From a virus, in UHGV virus genome UHGV-1520234: a stretch of 32,223 nt of DNA, one strand, 5' to 3'. The notes below the pieces were generated by a model. The model ran no database searches. It was given only the letters and a program-made list of their open reading frames with translations, and was not told where the DNA came from. Positions 1-8,640 of the stretch are shown here, in pieces (the first letter of the stretch is position 1; each line of letters begins with the position of its first letter). The translations under genes were made by a program, and so were the position numbers.

Positions 1-217
1 GATAGCCTCATCAATAATAAGGCTTTATGCTAGATGCATTCCGCTTTGCGACTCAACCTTTTTCACCTAAAGGATGACAAAATCACATAAATAATTTAAA
101 AATCATAGCATTAGATTACTTAATGGTTAAATAATAGACTGCAAAACGCGACAAAACACAACATATCCAGTCACTATGAATCAACTACTTAGATGGTATT
201 AGTGACCTGTAACAGAG

Positions 218-259
218 AATTAGCGCAAGGTGATTTTTGTCTTCTTGCGCTAATTTTTT
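218..259 (+). terminator. Intrinsic terminator-like hairpin on the plus strand
   Basis: Perfect 12-bp inverted repeat aattagcgcaag (218-229) / cttgcgctaatt (244-255) with a 14-nt loop, running into a T6 tract (254-259). On the minus strand the stem is not followed by a U-tract, so it looks plus-strand specific. Confidence 0.5.
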
Positions 260-351
260 GTCATAAAACATGTCGCACTCCAGAGAAGCACAAAGCCTTG
301 CAATCCAGTGCAAAGCTTTGTGTGTATCAGTTTTGTCCTGTGCGCCGGATA

Positions 352-768
352 TCAATTGGCCTGCTCCCCCGGAGGCGTAGGCCAGACGGGATTTGATGTA
401 TCAACGCGCATCAGCAAGACCCGGTATTTTTTCCATTCAGATAACGCGGCGGTTTCTTCTGCCGTCGCGATTTCCGCATCAAAAGCATCCTGTCTCCAGA
501 CTATTTCCTTATCAGCCATAGAACGCAATACCGTTCTTTTCTGTTCAGCCTGAATAATCTGTTGTTCAGCGGAGAGTGGCGGGATATCAATCCACGCAGG
601 ATTACCATTTTTATCAGCCCCCAGCGTTTTGCCTTGTGGCGCTACGCCTGTGTAAATTGCCATTGTTTCATCATCAACATCAACGCCATTTTCAGGCCAT
701 GAACCGGCGCTGATATATACCTCTTTTAGTGCTTCCGGATAGAAAGAGCCTTTATAAAATTTATTCAT
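352..768 (-). CDS. Tail fibre assembly protein (Tfa-like chaperone)
   Basis: ORF track 352..798 opens on a TTG; the first ATG with sensible context is at 768 (MNKFYKGSFYPE...). Sequence resembles phage Tfa proteins and it sits directly after the tail fibre gene. Confidence 0.65.
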   Translation of the reverse strand: MNKFYKGSFYPEALKEVYISAGSWPENGVDVDDETMAIYTGVAPQGKTLGADKNGNPAWIDIPPLSAEQQIIQAEQKRTVLRSMADKEIVWRQDAFDAEIATAEETAALSEWKKYRVLLMRVDTSNPVWPTPPGEQAN

Positions 769-770
769 TC

Positions 771-1688
771 TTAATACCCCAGCGCGATAAAACAACAATC
801 TTCGGTGCCCTCTCCGGATGGCGACCAGTTCTGAATACTGATATGCGTTCTGCTGGCAATACGCACATTCATCGCGGCATTGTAGCCAGATGTTCCACGG
901 TTTCCGGTCGCAAACAAGCCTGCATAGGGAAAAGCAAATGGTAAGGCATATCCAGCATCAGCTCCCTTTTGTGTTGCCACCGTTCCCCACTGCAACATAA
1001 GTTTCACCGGGTTTCCTGTCGTCGCAATGCATGGAATGTAGATGTAGCCATTACCTGACATCATTGACCTGAAGCTGTCTAAATCCAGTAACTTCGAGGC
1101 ATTATCTGCTCCAACATCTCGTGTTGCAGCGGTCCCTAACTGGAGCGCATTTCGGAAGGCTGATACATCAGAAATATCAGATCCATTAGCCGATTTCTGC
1201 ATAGCTCCGGAGGCTTTATTTATCGTTTCTCCCAAATCAAGGTATGTGAGAATGTCTGCAATAGTATTTTTCCCGATAATGTCACGGCCTACAGAAGTTA
1301 AATCAGTCTGCGCTGCTGTATCATTTCCAGTGAAATACGGGAGTTTATTTGCACCGGTTTCGAGCCCAGCCAATGCCGTCAGCGTGGCATCAAGGGCCTG
1401 GAAATCCTTCCCAAAAGCGGTTCCCATTTTGGAGATAAACCCGTTCAGGTCACCATCATCAAGCACGTCCAGCCCACTTTTGTTGGCTGTGTACTGCGCA
1501 AGCGCTGCCGCAATAAAGCTGGCCTGTCGAATAACCTTATTGACTTGCGCACTGGATGCTTTCCCTGCTGTAAATCCGGATAAAAGCGCAGGCAACGCTT
1601 CCCATTCCTCCTGCGACATAACATTGGCATTTCGATCCGTTGCAAACGCTTTAAAGTCATTTTTCGCCATCAGAGTAATACTCCCCAT
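771..1688 (-). CDS. Tail fibre protein
   Basis: 305-aa ORF between the baseplate genes and Tfa. An alternative ATG at 1670 (MAKNDF...) forms an ATGA overlap with the upstream gene stop, so the start is ambiguous (1688 or 1670). Confidence 0.55.
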   Translation of the reverse strand: MGSITLMAKNDFKAFATDRNANVMSQEEWEALPALLSGFTAGKASSAQVNKVIRQASFIAAALAQYTANKSGLDVLDDGDLNGFISKMGTAFGKDFQALDATLTALAGLETGANKLPYFTGNDTAAQTDLTSVGRDIIGKNTIADILTYLDLGETINKASGAMQKSANGSDISDVSAFRNALQLGTAATRDVGADNASKLLDLDSFRSMMSGNGYIYIPCIATTGNPVKLMLQWGTVATQKGADAGYALPFAFPYAGLFATGNRGTSGYNAAMNVRIASRTHISIQNWSPSGEGTEDCCFIALGY

Positions 1689-2350
1689 GCCCCTACATCA
1701 AAACCACTGATGAATTCGTTATCCATATCAAAACCAAAAAATTTTGAGCCTTCCGATGGGGTTTCCACCGAAGGCGTTTCAATGCCACCCGCCCACACCC
1801 CGGAGGCTTTTACTGTGAGATACCCCTGTTTAATTGCCGCAATTAACTCACGCGATACATCTGAAATATCAGTATCAGGAAAGACCCAGACCGATATCGT
1901 CATGTCCTGGTTATCGACTATCTGCATTCGCAGCCCGGATCCTGCTGTTGCAGCGTCAAGAATTGCTGGAAGCGAATCATTCCGTCCGTCCCAGTTATTA
2001 ATCGCAATCTTCGCTTTAAGAATGACACGATAAGTTTCATCGCTGAGATACATGTATCCGGAATCAGGATCATATGGCCCCTGCCATACCCCCTGATCAT
2101 ATCCAATCCAGTCGGTATCCCAGCTGAAATAGACACCTGAGATAGGCTGGCTGACAACACGGCTACGTCCGATCCACAATCCCAGAATGTCAAGTTGCAC
2201 ACCAACCGCAGAGTCAATATCAAATGCAGTAATCAGCCCTCTGGTGGCCGCCGCAACATCAATAAGCGGACGGGTCATCAGATCAACATGTGCAAGAAAT
2301 TTAGGTTTGGTGGCGTGATAGTTTGTGATTAGTTCGGTGTATTTGCTCAT
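1670..2350 (-). CDS. Baseplate/tail protein (position of Mu gp48 / P2 gpI)
   Basis: 226-aa ORF with an ATG start, overlapping the upstream gene stop; assignment is by synteny after the baseplate J-like gene. Confidence 0.45.
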   Translation of the reverse strand: MSKYTELITNYHATKPKFLAHVDLMTRPLIDVAAATRGLITAFDIDSAVGVQLDILGLWIGRSRVVSQPISGVYFSWDTDWIGYDQGVWQGPYDPDSGYMYLSDETYRVILKAKIAINNWDGRNDSLPAILDAATAGSGLRMQIVDNQDMTISVWVFPDTDISDVSRELIAAIKQGYLTVKASGVWAGGIETPSVETPSEGSKFFGFDMDNEFISGFDVGAWGVLL

Positions 2351-3546
2351 GACTCCACCGTTATAACGATATTTCCCGGGGTACAGGACGCAGATTCGTT
2401 GTATCTGATATCAATGTTTGATGACGACAAAGCCCCCGGGGATTTCCCAATCGTCAGTTCCTGAATATCGTAATAGCGTGCATTCCCGCCACTCACCACG
2501 CCAAGATTCGCCGGTGAGTAAATGCGACTTAAAAGGACTGAATCACCAATCGTCAGACTATTGATATAGTCGGAAATAGCCTGCTGGATCTGCTGCCCTA
2601 TCTGTGAGGTATAACCCGTAAAAACTTTTAATTTGATCCGGGCATAAACAGGTACATCACTGGAACGCGAGAACTTGATTACATGGGGATTGCCGTATTT
2701 ATCCGGAACCATAACGGATGTTGTACCGTGAGTGGCTGTCCCCTGACCTTTATTCCCTCTGATAGCCTGAGCAATATCCGTCACATCACCGCCATCCACA
2801 ATTACAGCAACAGAGTGTGGTGGTAACCCGTTACCGTCCTCCGAACCAGTATCGTTTTCATAGAGTTTGTGGCGGGTTACACCGGTAACATTAGAAACAG
2901 CACCATCCAGTGCTTCAAATGGGGTTATTGATGGCAACGCAACACTTTGCGACTGACGGATACGTAACTCCGCGTCAGTTTCTGCCGGAGTGCCCACAGT
3001 AGCCGCAGCAGGATTAGTTACCGAAACCCAGCCACGGGTTGGCGTATTAATTTCAGTGATAGTTCCAGCCAGCGCCGCCACTGCACCACTGACGGAACAT
3101 GTTGCGGTCGCCATCACTGTACCATCCACGCCGACCACTACTGAAGCAGGCAAACGCCATATCACATTATTACTGTCTTTCACGCTGCCATTAATGATGG
3201 TTGTTCCGGCAGTTCCTGTAAGAAGCAAATCAACCGTAGAGTTCGTCGCGCCTTTACGTGAAATACCATTTATTTTCACGTTACTGGTCAGTGCAGCCCC
3301 ATAGCCGGTTGCCGGTGAAAAACAGTTGTAGACAGTTATCGCCATATTATTGGCATCATGAATCGCCAGCGCCATCAGAGCCACCATCTGGCCGTCTTTG
3401 CTGTCCGGTTCGAGGTAGGCATCACTGCCATAAATCTGCTGAAAATAGCTAATCAGGGTGCTGAGTATCGTCTGATAATCAGGCGCACTGATCCCCTCCG
3501 CGGTTACCTTTGCAGATAAACCGAGAGAATCAAGGTTCAGAGCCAT
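2347..3546 (-). CDS. Baseplate J-like protein (Mu gp47 family)
   Basis: 399-aa ORF with an ATG start; size and position match baseplate J-like proteins of Mu-like contractile tails. Confidence 0.6.
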   Translation of the reverse strand: MALNLDSLGLSAKVTAEGISAPDYQTILSTLISYFQQIYGSDAYLEPDSKDGQMVALMALAIHDANNMAITVYNCFSPATGYGAALTSNVKINGISRKGATNSTVDLLLTGTAGTTIINGSVKDSNNVIWRLPASVVVGVDGTVMATATCSVSGAVAALAGTITEINTPTRGWVSVTNPAAATVGTPAETDAELRIRQSQSVALPSITPFEALDGAVSNVTGVTRHKLYENDTGSEDGNGLPPHSVAVIVDGGDVTDIAQAIRGNKGQGTATHGTTSVMVPDKYGNPHVIKFSRSSDVPVYARIKLKVFTGYTSQIGQQIQQAISDYINSLTIGDSVLLSRIYSPANLGVVSGGNARYYDIQELTIGKSPGALSSSNIDIRYNESASCTPGNIVITVES

Positions 3547-3899
3547 TACGCCTCCGATGTAACAGTCGTTATTCCATAAAGAGTGTCGATTTCAGCGGAA
3601 AACATGACACGTCGGGTCGTGGTATCCACCGTCGTATTGAAAGAGAGGATTGATTTAACGCCCCGCGTTTCGAGGATGCGCTTACGGATCGCCAGGTTGT
3701 AGGTTTCCGGCTTCTGCTTACCGAGTACGGACTGGATCCACGGAGTCCCCTCGGTGGTGTCGAGAAACCATTGCCCATACCACAATTCGAATCGCGTTTT
3801 TACCGCCTGCGCCACGGCCTCCGGTGAGTTAATCAGCCAGGTATCATCGCCGCTGCCAAAGGTGTAATCACAGTCGGCGTCTTCGCGTCTGTATCGCAT
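3546..3899 (-). CDS. Baseplate protein (Mu gp46 / gpW-gp25-like)
   Basis: 117-aa ORF tightly coupled to its neighbours in the conserved Mu-like baseplate order. Confidence 0.5.
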   Translation of the reverse strand: MRYRREDADCDYTFGSGDDTWLINSPEAVAQAVKTRFELWYGQWFLDTTEGTPWIQSVLGKQKPETYNLAIRKRILETRGVKSILSFNTTVDTTTRRVMFSAEIDTLYGITTVTSEA

Positions 3900-4651
3900 C
3901 AGTTCACCCCGTCTGTGTTGCTTCCGCCTCGCTGAACCCCGCCGTGCGTGTGCGTATCATCAATTGACTTGCCGTTAGCCTTAACGCTCCCCAAGAACTC
4001 AACAGCACCAGTGATTTTTGAAGCCACACCAGAAACAACAGACCCCACCATGCCCCCCATCCAGGTTAACAGGCCATGAATGGTTACTTTCTCAGAAAAA
4101 TCAGCCAGAGGGGCAACCACATCAAGACCACCCGGAGCGACAATTTTAATTTTCCTGGTGTCAGGATTAAGCTCAAAATAGGTGCTGCCGTCGTCACTAC
4201 GCAACTGTGTGGCACTGGTATTAATACCGCTAATCTTCCTCGCCTGCGACTGGGGACCGACAATACAAAACGCATCCGATAAATCATGCATTCTGTCATC
4301 GACCGGCTCCTGTATCCCGCCACTCTGCCACCAGAAATCAATACAACGATCGGCAAAAACGACAAGACACTCATCCCCGGCTTTTACCGGAAAAGTCAAC
4401 GTGCAGCCTCCGCCGCGCGGGAATACCACTGGCACATCCACCAGCAGGGGTAATGTCGTCGACTGGTTGATTCCATTTGAGTCCGGCTCATAGCCTTTAA
4501 TCGCAGGTTGAACAACTACCGTTACCGTGTCCGGATCAAATGACTGGACAATTCCGGGCAGAGAAACACGCAGTGCCGACATGACAGAACCAGCAAGTCT
4601 TACATCGGCCTGTTCTTTGCTACCAAGTTGAGCGCTTAAAGAAACGGGCAT
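3899..4651 (-). CDS. Baseplate spike / assembly protein V-like (Mu gp45-like)
   Basis: 250-aa ORF, ATG at 4651 preceded by GGAG; N-terminal region (PGIVQSFDP...LPLLVDVPVVFPRGGG) resembles gpV/gp45 spike proteins. Confidence 0.55.
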   Translation of the reverse strand: MPVSLSAQLGSKEQADVRLAGSVMSALRVSLPGIVQSFDPDTVTVVVQPAIKGYEPDSNGINQSTTLPLLVDVPVVFPRGGGCTLTFPVKAGDECLVVFADRCIDFWWQSGGIQEPVDDRMHDLSDAFCIVGPQSQARKISGINTSATQLRSDDGSTYFELNPDTRKIKIVAPGGLDVVAPLADFSEKVTIHGLLTWMGGMVGSVVSGVASKITGAVEFLGSVKANGKSIDDTHTHGGVQRGGSNTDGVN

Positions 4652-4670
4652 TCATATGTCTCCAGAAAGT

Positions 4671-4698
4671 AAAAAACCCAGCCAAAGCTGGGTTTTTT
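4671..4698. terminator. Bidirectional intrinsic terminator between ant and the baseplate spike gene
   Basis: A6 tract, stem cccagc (4677-4682), loop caaa, stem gctggg (4687-4692), T6 tract (4693-4698); the hairpin is followed by a U-run on both strands. Confidence 0.65.
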
Positions 4699-4711
4699 AA
4701 GTTGTCAATTG

Positions 4712-5626
4712 TCAGTAACGATGCAGTGAAGGCGGCAACTCTTTGTTCTTAAGTCTTACCCATGCGGAAAGATTCGTTGGTCCGTCTGGCTCATTGATAT
4801 CAACATCTCGTGTGTGGTTGATTAAAACGTCTCTCGCCATTCCGATAACATACGAAAACTCATGACCGTAGTCGTAGCATCTTCCGGAATAGTTCGATTG
4901 AATTTGTTTTAATGCCGGATACAGTTCGCGGAATAATGCCTGTGATCGGTTAGCATAATCCCACAACCATACAAGGCTGTTTGCTTCTTTTGCAGAAAGC
5001 TCGTTGGTGCTCTTCTCTTGTTTGCCAATGAACTCACCTTCAAGTGGAACTCGAGCTGCAAGTGACAGTGCTTCGGTAAACTGCTCCTCACTGATTTCTT
5101 TGTACGAACAGCCAAAATGAGATTTCAGTGACGACCACATGGTGATCATCGCCTTCGCCTGTTTTTCTTTTGGCAGAGACTGACCGCGACTCATGACGAG
5201 TTGTTTAATAGCTTCCTGCTGTTCAGTGGTGATTTTACCCGGCAACGCCTTTTTAGCTTTCGGTGTATTTCCGTAAGACCCCGTTTTACGAATGGATGGC
5301 AAAACTTCAGCTGTCACCCATTTGCGGAATTTGTGCGGGACTGAACCTTTATTGACGGCATCACGGCAGCGCAGAACCAATGTATACATACCTGATTCGC
5401 TCACAATGCTTAAATTCTGCTCACCACCAAGGGTGTAACTTAAAGTTACTCCCTTCTCATCGTCATCAAGTGCAGTAAGCGCCTTGCGTGAGTTAGTCAG
5501 AGTTAAAGCATCACAAACATCTTTTGCTACAAACCACGGCTCACCGCACCTGTTGATGACGCGGATTTCACTGTCGCCGAATTTGAAGATGGTGAAATCG
5601 TTTTGTGCCTTTGCTATACTTTTCAT
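4712..5626 (-). CDS. ant: Antirepressor (Bro-N domain, P22 Ant-like)
   Basis: 304-aa ORF with an ATG start; N-terminus ([30 protein letters not shown]...[12 protein letters not shown]...[12 protein letters not shown]) matches the Bro-N antirepressor signature. Lies downstream of an arc-like gene as in P22 immI. Confidence 0.7.
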   Translation of the reverse strand: MKSIAKAQNDFTIFKFGDSEIRVINRCGEPWFVAKDVCDALTLTNSRKALTALDDDEKGVTLSYTLGGEQNLSIVSESGMYTLVLRCRDAVNKGSVPHKFRKWVTAEVLPSIRKTGSYGNTPKAKKALPGKITTEQQEAIKQLVMSRGQSLPKEKQAKAMITMWSSLKSHFGCSYKEISEEQFTEALSLAARVPLEGEFIGKQEKSTNELSAKEANSLVWLWDYANRSQALFRELYPALKQIQSNYSGRCYDYGHEFSYVIGMARDVLINHTRDVDINEPDGPTNLSAWVRLKNKELPPSLHRY

Positions 5627-5697
5627 GTCAATATTTCCCGATCAGATTTGTTGATGTAGAAGCCTCGCCAGTTCCCGCTGTCGGGGCTTCGTTATTT

Positions 5698-5859
5698 TTA
5701 GAGAGCATTCCGCATTTTCTCCCGGTACTTCAACCACCAAGCTAATCCTTGAACCAACACTGAGTTTTCTGACATTCCCTCTTCCTCTGCAATGCGCTTA
5801 ACTTCTTCCTTAAAGCGGTACGGGTAGCGAAGAGTTGTCTTTACTTCATTCTTTTCCAT
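5698..5859 (-). CDS. arc: Arc-like ribbon-helix-helix repressor (53 aa, not in the ORF track)
   Basis: Translated by hand: MEKNEVKTTLRYPYRFKEEVKRIAEEEGMSENSVLVQGLAWWLKYREKMRNAL. ATG at 5859 preceded by GGAGACAGC; same length and RHH pattern as P22 Arc, directly upstream of ant. Confidence 0.6.
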   Translation of the reverse strand: MEKNEVKTTLRYPYRFKEEVKRIAEEEGMSENSVLVQGLAWWLKYREKMRNAL

Positions 5860-5881
5860 GCTGTCTCCTTATTTCACAATG

Positions 5882-5945
5882 AAGGCAAATTGCCTTTAGA
5901 GTCAATTTACCATGATTGCACATGAAGTCAAGTTGCCTCTACAAT
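5882..5945. promoter_or_regulatory. Divergent overlapping promoters (Pant-like leftward, Pmnt-like rightward) with palindromic operator
   Basis: Perfect 15-bp palindrome AAGGCAAATTGCCTT (5882-5896). Minus-strand promoter: -35 TTGACT (5931..5926), 16-bp spacer, -10 TAAATT (5909..5904), placing the palindrome at about +1 to +15. Plus-strand promoter: -35 ttgcac (5916-5921), 18-bp spacer, -10 tacaat (5940-5945), upstream of mnt. Confidence 0.45.
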
Positions 5946-5966
5946 GATTTTTATTTGAGGTGAGTT

Positions 5967-6290
5967 ATGTCAGAAAAATTTCCCAGCCAAATGCAAGACA
6001 AGTTCACCGTGAGGTTTCCTGACGGATTGCGCGATGCTATAGCTGAACGAGCTAAACGTAATGGCAGATCAATGAACTCAGAGATTGTGCAGATACTGGA
6101 AGATGCCTTGAATGCAGAAAATACTCTTGGGGAAATAGCAGATAAAATTAACAGCGTCTCGGTTCCGCTAAATGTTGATGCGCTAGTTCAACTTCAAGCC
6201 CAAGTTATCGCCATGCAAAAAGAAATACAGGAAAAGTTCAGAGAGCAGAACGAAAAGTTGAGAGAACTGCTAAACAAAAAACCCACCTGA
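5967..6290 (+). CDS. mnt: Mnt-like ribbon-helix-helix repressor with C-terminal coiled coil
   Basis: 107-aa ORF, ATG with GAGGTGAG RBS; N-terminal RHH motif (FTVRFPDGLRDAIAERAKRNGRSMNSEIVQILEDAL) and heptad-like C-terminus. It is one of only two plus-strand genes and is divergent from arc-ant. Confidence 0.6.
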   Translation: MSEKFPSQMQDKFTVRFPDGLRDAIAERAKRNGRSMNSEIVQILEDALNAENTLGEIADKINSVSVPLNVDALVQLQAQVIAMQKEIQEKFREQNEKLRELLNKKPT

Positions 6291-6298
6291 CGGTGGGT
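6274..6298 (-). terminator. Intrinsic terminator for the minus-strand transcript
   Basis: Stem acccacc (6281-6287) / ggtgggt (6292-6298) with a 4-nt loop that contains the mnt stop codon; on the minus strand the hairpin is followed by UUUUUUG (plus A-tract 6274-6280). Confidence 0.6.
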
Positions 6299-6314
6299 TA
6301 CGGAGAGGGCAAGA

Positions 6315-6650
6315 TCATTTAACCTTCCGGCAATCATACGTCCAGAACTCCCGAGGCTCGTCCATATTTTTGCGGATAACTTCAACGTTGAGGATCGCTT
6401 TTTTGTTTCGTTTGATGTAGTCCATACCTAACCAACGTCCAGTATTAGGATCAGGTAACATCCATTGCATCATGACATTATCGAAATCGTCTTTTTGTTT
6501 CAAAAAGGTCATTTTTTGTGTTTCTGGCTTTTGACCATTGATGTGCATGAGGCCATCATTACCAGCATCAAAGCGGAATGGTCCGCACTGCGTTGCCGCC
6601 GAAACGGTTAACGGCAGGGCCAAGAATAAACAAAAAAATACTTTTTTCAC
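6315..6650 (-). CDS. Hypothetical secreted protein with N-terminal signal peptide
   Basis: 111-aa ORF starting with GTG at 6650 that overlaps the upstream stop (GTGA), with GGAG 7 nt upstream. N-terminus MKKVFFCLFLALPLTVSAATQ has the n/h/c architecture of a Sec signal peptide; there is no lipobox. Confidence 0.5.
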   Translation of the reverse strand: MKKVFFCLFLALPLTVSAATQCGPFRFDAGNDGLMHINGQKPETQKMTFLKQKDDFDNVMMQWMLPDPNTGRWLGMDYIKRNKKAILNVEVIRKNMDEPREFWTYDCRKVK

Positions 6651-7681
6651 TCTACATCTCCGACTTTGTCCAAAGTGCCTTTTGCCAATAGTTCTTTGCC
6701 ACCTTTAGCCAGGCAAAGCAGGTCCATATACCACGCCTGCCCTCGGGTGTCGCCAGTATAATCAATGCTGCCCACAATGTAATCACCGTCAGTATTAATG
6801 CTGGCAGGCTGTGACATGCCTGGCAGACCGTTAACGTAGAGATTACCGTCGCTTTCAGACTCATCCAGTCGTGCTGGCGATTTCGCTACCTGGTCATTAC
6901 TCAAAGAGGCACGGTATACAGATGCCTGATCCAGACGAATAAGCCCACCGAGCTTAATATTTGGATTAATCAGACATCTGACATTTACGCCAGCTCCCAT
7001 CGTCTGCTGTGGCATACCGATAAGCCCGGTGTTAGCATTCAACACCGTAGCAACACCAATATATTTATCTTCAGGAACAATATTTACCAGATTATTTTCA
7101 TACCACCAGTTAGCTTTACACTGCCCTGCGATATGATTCATCAACCTTGATGTGTTTTGATAAACAACGCGACCCCGGGGAAATACCGTTTCGGGCATGT
7201 CAGGAACTGCGCCGGATTCGATGCCATATGGTTCGAATGATTTCATACCCAGACTGAAAAGATCGCTGTACTTCCAGCCAGCAGCCACTGTGGTTTTCAC
7301 ACTTGCGTTCAGGTGACCTTCCCAGCTGTCAATACACTGCAACATGATCCAACTGTCTGTGGCATTATCTTTACCAGTGACAGTAAAACGGATATCTCCA
7401 TTGAATATCATGCCAACGTTTTCATCAGGATAATTACCCGCTGCATCCGGTTGCCCCTTGTATCCGGCAATAACCTGTATACGCGAAAACTCCTTCTGCA
7501 TAATCCGGTTCTGAGTGGTAGGAGACAGGTTATAAACCTTAAAATTCCCAACGAATCCATTAAATATGGTCGCAGGCATTTTCTGAATATTGAAAGTGAC
7601 TTTAAGCTCAGAAATTTTTATCCCGTCGCCCTTATCATCAACAAGCAATAATTCAAAGTGACGCATCCAGTTTTTCGACAT
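6647..7681 (-). CDS. Baseplate/tail protein (position of Mu gp44 / P2 gpD-like hub)
   Basis: 344-aa ORF with an ATG start in the conserved tail operon; family assignment by synteny only. Confidence 0.45.
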   Translation of the reverse strand: MSKNWMRHFELLLVDDKGDGIKISELKVTFNIQKMPATIFNGFVGNFKVYNLSPTTQNRIMQKEFSRIQVIAGYKGQPDAAGNYPDENVGMIFNGDIRFTVTGKDNATDSWIMLQCIDSWEGHLNASVKTTVAAGWKYSDLFSLGMKSFEPYGIESGAVPDMPETVFPRGRVVYQNTSRLMNHIAGQCKANWWYENNLVNIVPEDKYIGVATVLNANTGLIGMPQQTMGAGVNVRCLINPNIKLGGLIRLDQASVYRASLSNDQVAKSPARLDESESDGNLYVNGLPGMSQPASINTDGDYIVGSIDYTGDTRGQAWYMDLLCLAKGGKELLAKGTLDKVGDVE

Positions 7682-7683
7682 TG

Positions 7684-7986
7684 TTACTCCGTGAAAACAT
7701 AGAGGTGTGAGAGCGTTCCAAGATCGAATTGCGTCGGGTTTTCCTGCCCTGCCACGTCGCAGAGTACCACCAGCGAAAACCCGAGATTCATATATCGATA
7801 CTGCGCCAACAGGTCAGCACCCGTAATCATCGGAATGCCTGAGATAATGGCGGAACCATTGCTGTCAGCAAGATCCAGAACCCAGTACTCTCCGCGCCAG
7901 ATGACAGACAGTTGATAAACCGTACCGTTAATTGTGGTGGCAAAAGTCTGATTGTCAGCAACCAGTGGGATTTCTACGGCCTCCAT
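7684..7986 (-). CDS. Hypothetical tail protein
   Basis: 100-aa ORF with an ATG start, tightly packed in the tail operon. Confidence 0.4.
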   Translation of the reverse strand: MEAVEIPLVADNQTFATTINGTVYQLSVIWRGEYWVLDLADSNGSAIISGIPMITGADLLAQYRYMNLGFSLVVLCDVAGQENPTQFDLGTLSHLYVFTE

Positions 7987-7989
7987 GAA

Positions 7990-8640
7990 TCACCTTCCCA
8001 GAAATAAATTGCTCAGATACCCATCAACAGTGGTGACACCTTTTTGCGCTATCTGTGGCAGCGATTTCAGAATGGAATTATTCGGCGGCACCGTTGTTTT
8101 GGTGCCTGTATTCTGCACAGCAGACGTTCCGACTCCCTCGGTCATATTGTTTTTCGTGGCTACCCTGACTGACTGCGTGGAGGTAATAATTACTTCCCTG
8201 AGGGTAAGTGTCGCCAGAAGCACATTTTCACTACTCTTATCGGTCGTGACCTCCAGCGTTTTTATCAACATATTGTTGTAAATACGCTTGCCGGTTGTCA
8301 CATCGAAAGGAATACGATTCCGCTGCAGGTTAAGCAGTTCCTGATACAGTTCTTTCGGGCTCAGCCCCAGTAAACTGGTAGCCGTCAGGTTACTGGCAAA
8401 ATCAAGCAGCGATCCGCCTCCGGAAAAACCGGTTTCCATCACAACCTCAGAAGGGCGCCTGAATGCGTGTTCTGATATGTAACCAGCGCCCTCACCACTG
8501 GCGCCAGCATTCGTGGGCTGTTCAACCGGATGTTCCGTAATTTCCAGGGCGTCAGTGTGCTTTTCGGTAATAACCACATCAGGAATAATGATTCCTATTG
8601 AGCGGGTTCGCTGCTGCAGTAAAACAGATAAAAAGTCCAT
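7990..8640 (-). CDS. Hypothetical tail/baseplate protein
   Basis: 216-aa ORF whose ATG abuts the tape measure stop codon. Confidence 0.4.
   Translation of the reverse strand: MDFLSVLLQQRTRSIGIIIPDVVITEKHTDALEITEHPVEQPTNAGASGEGAGYISEHAFRRPSEVVMETGFSGGGSLLDFASNLTATSLLGLSPKELYQELLNLQRNRIPFDVTTGKRIYNNMLIKTLEVTTDKSSENVLLATLTLREVIITSTQSVRVATKNNMTEGVGTSAVQNTGTKTTVPPNNSILKSLPQIAQKGVTTVDGYLSNLFLGR

Noticed and set aside
193-553. Plus-strand ORFs 193..396 and 308..553 at the left end
   Set aside because: No convincing RBS; the second overlaps the Tfa gene antisense; composition is consistent with chance ORFs in an intergenic/antisense context.
1-800. Invertible tail-fibre segment with a DNA invertase (Mu G / e14 pin type)
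   Set aside because: No invertase ORF and no long inverted repeats flanking the tail fibre and Tfa genes within the window.
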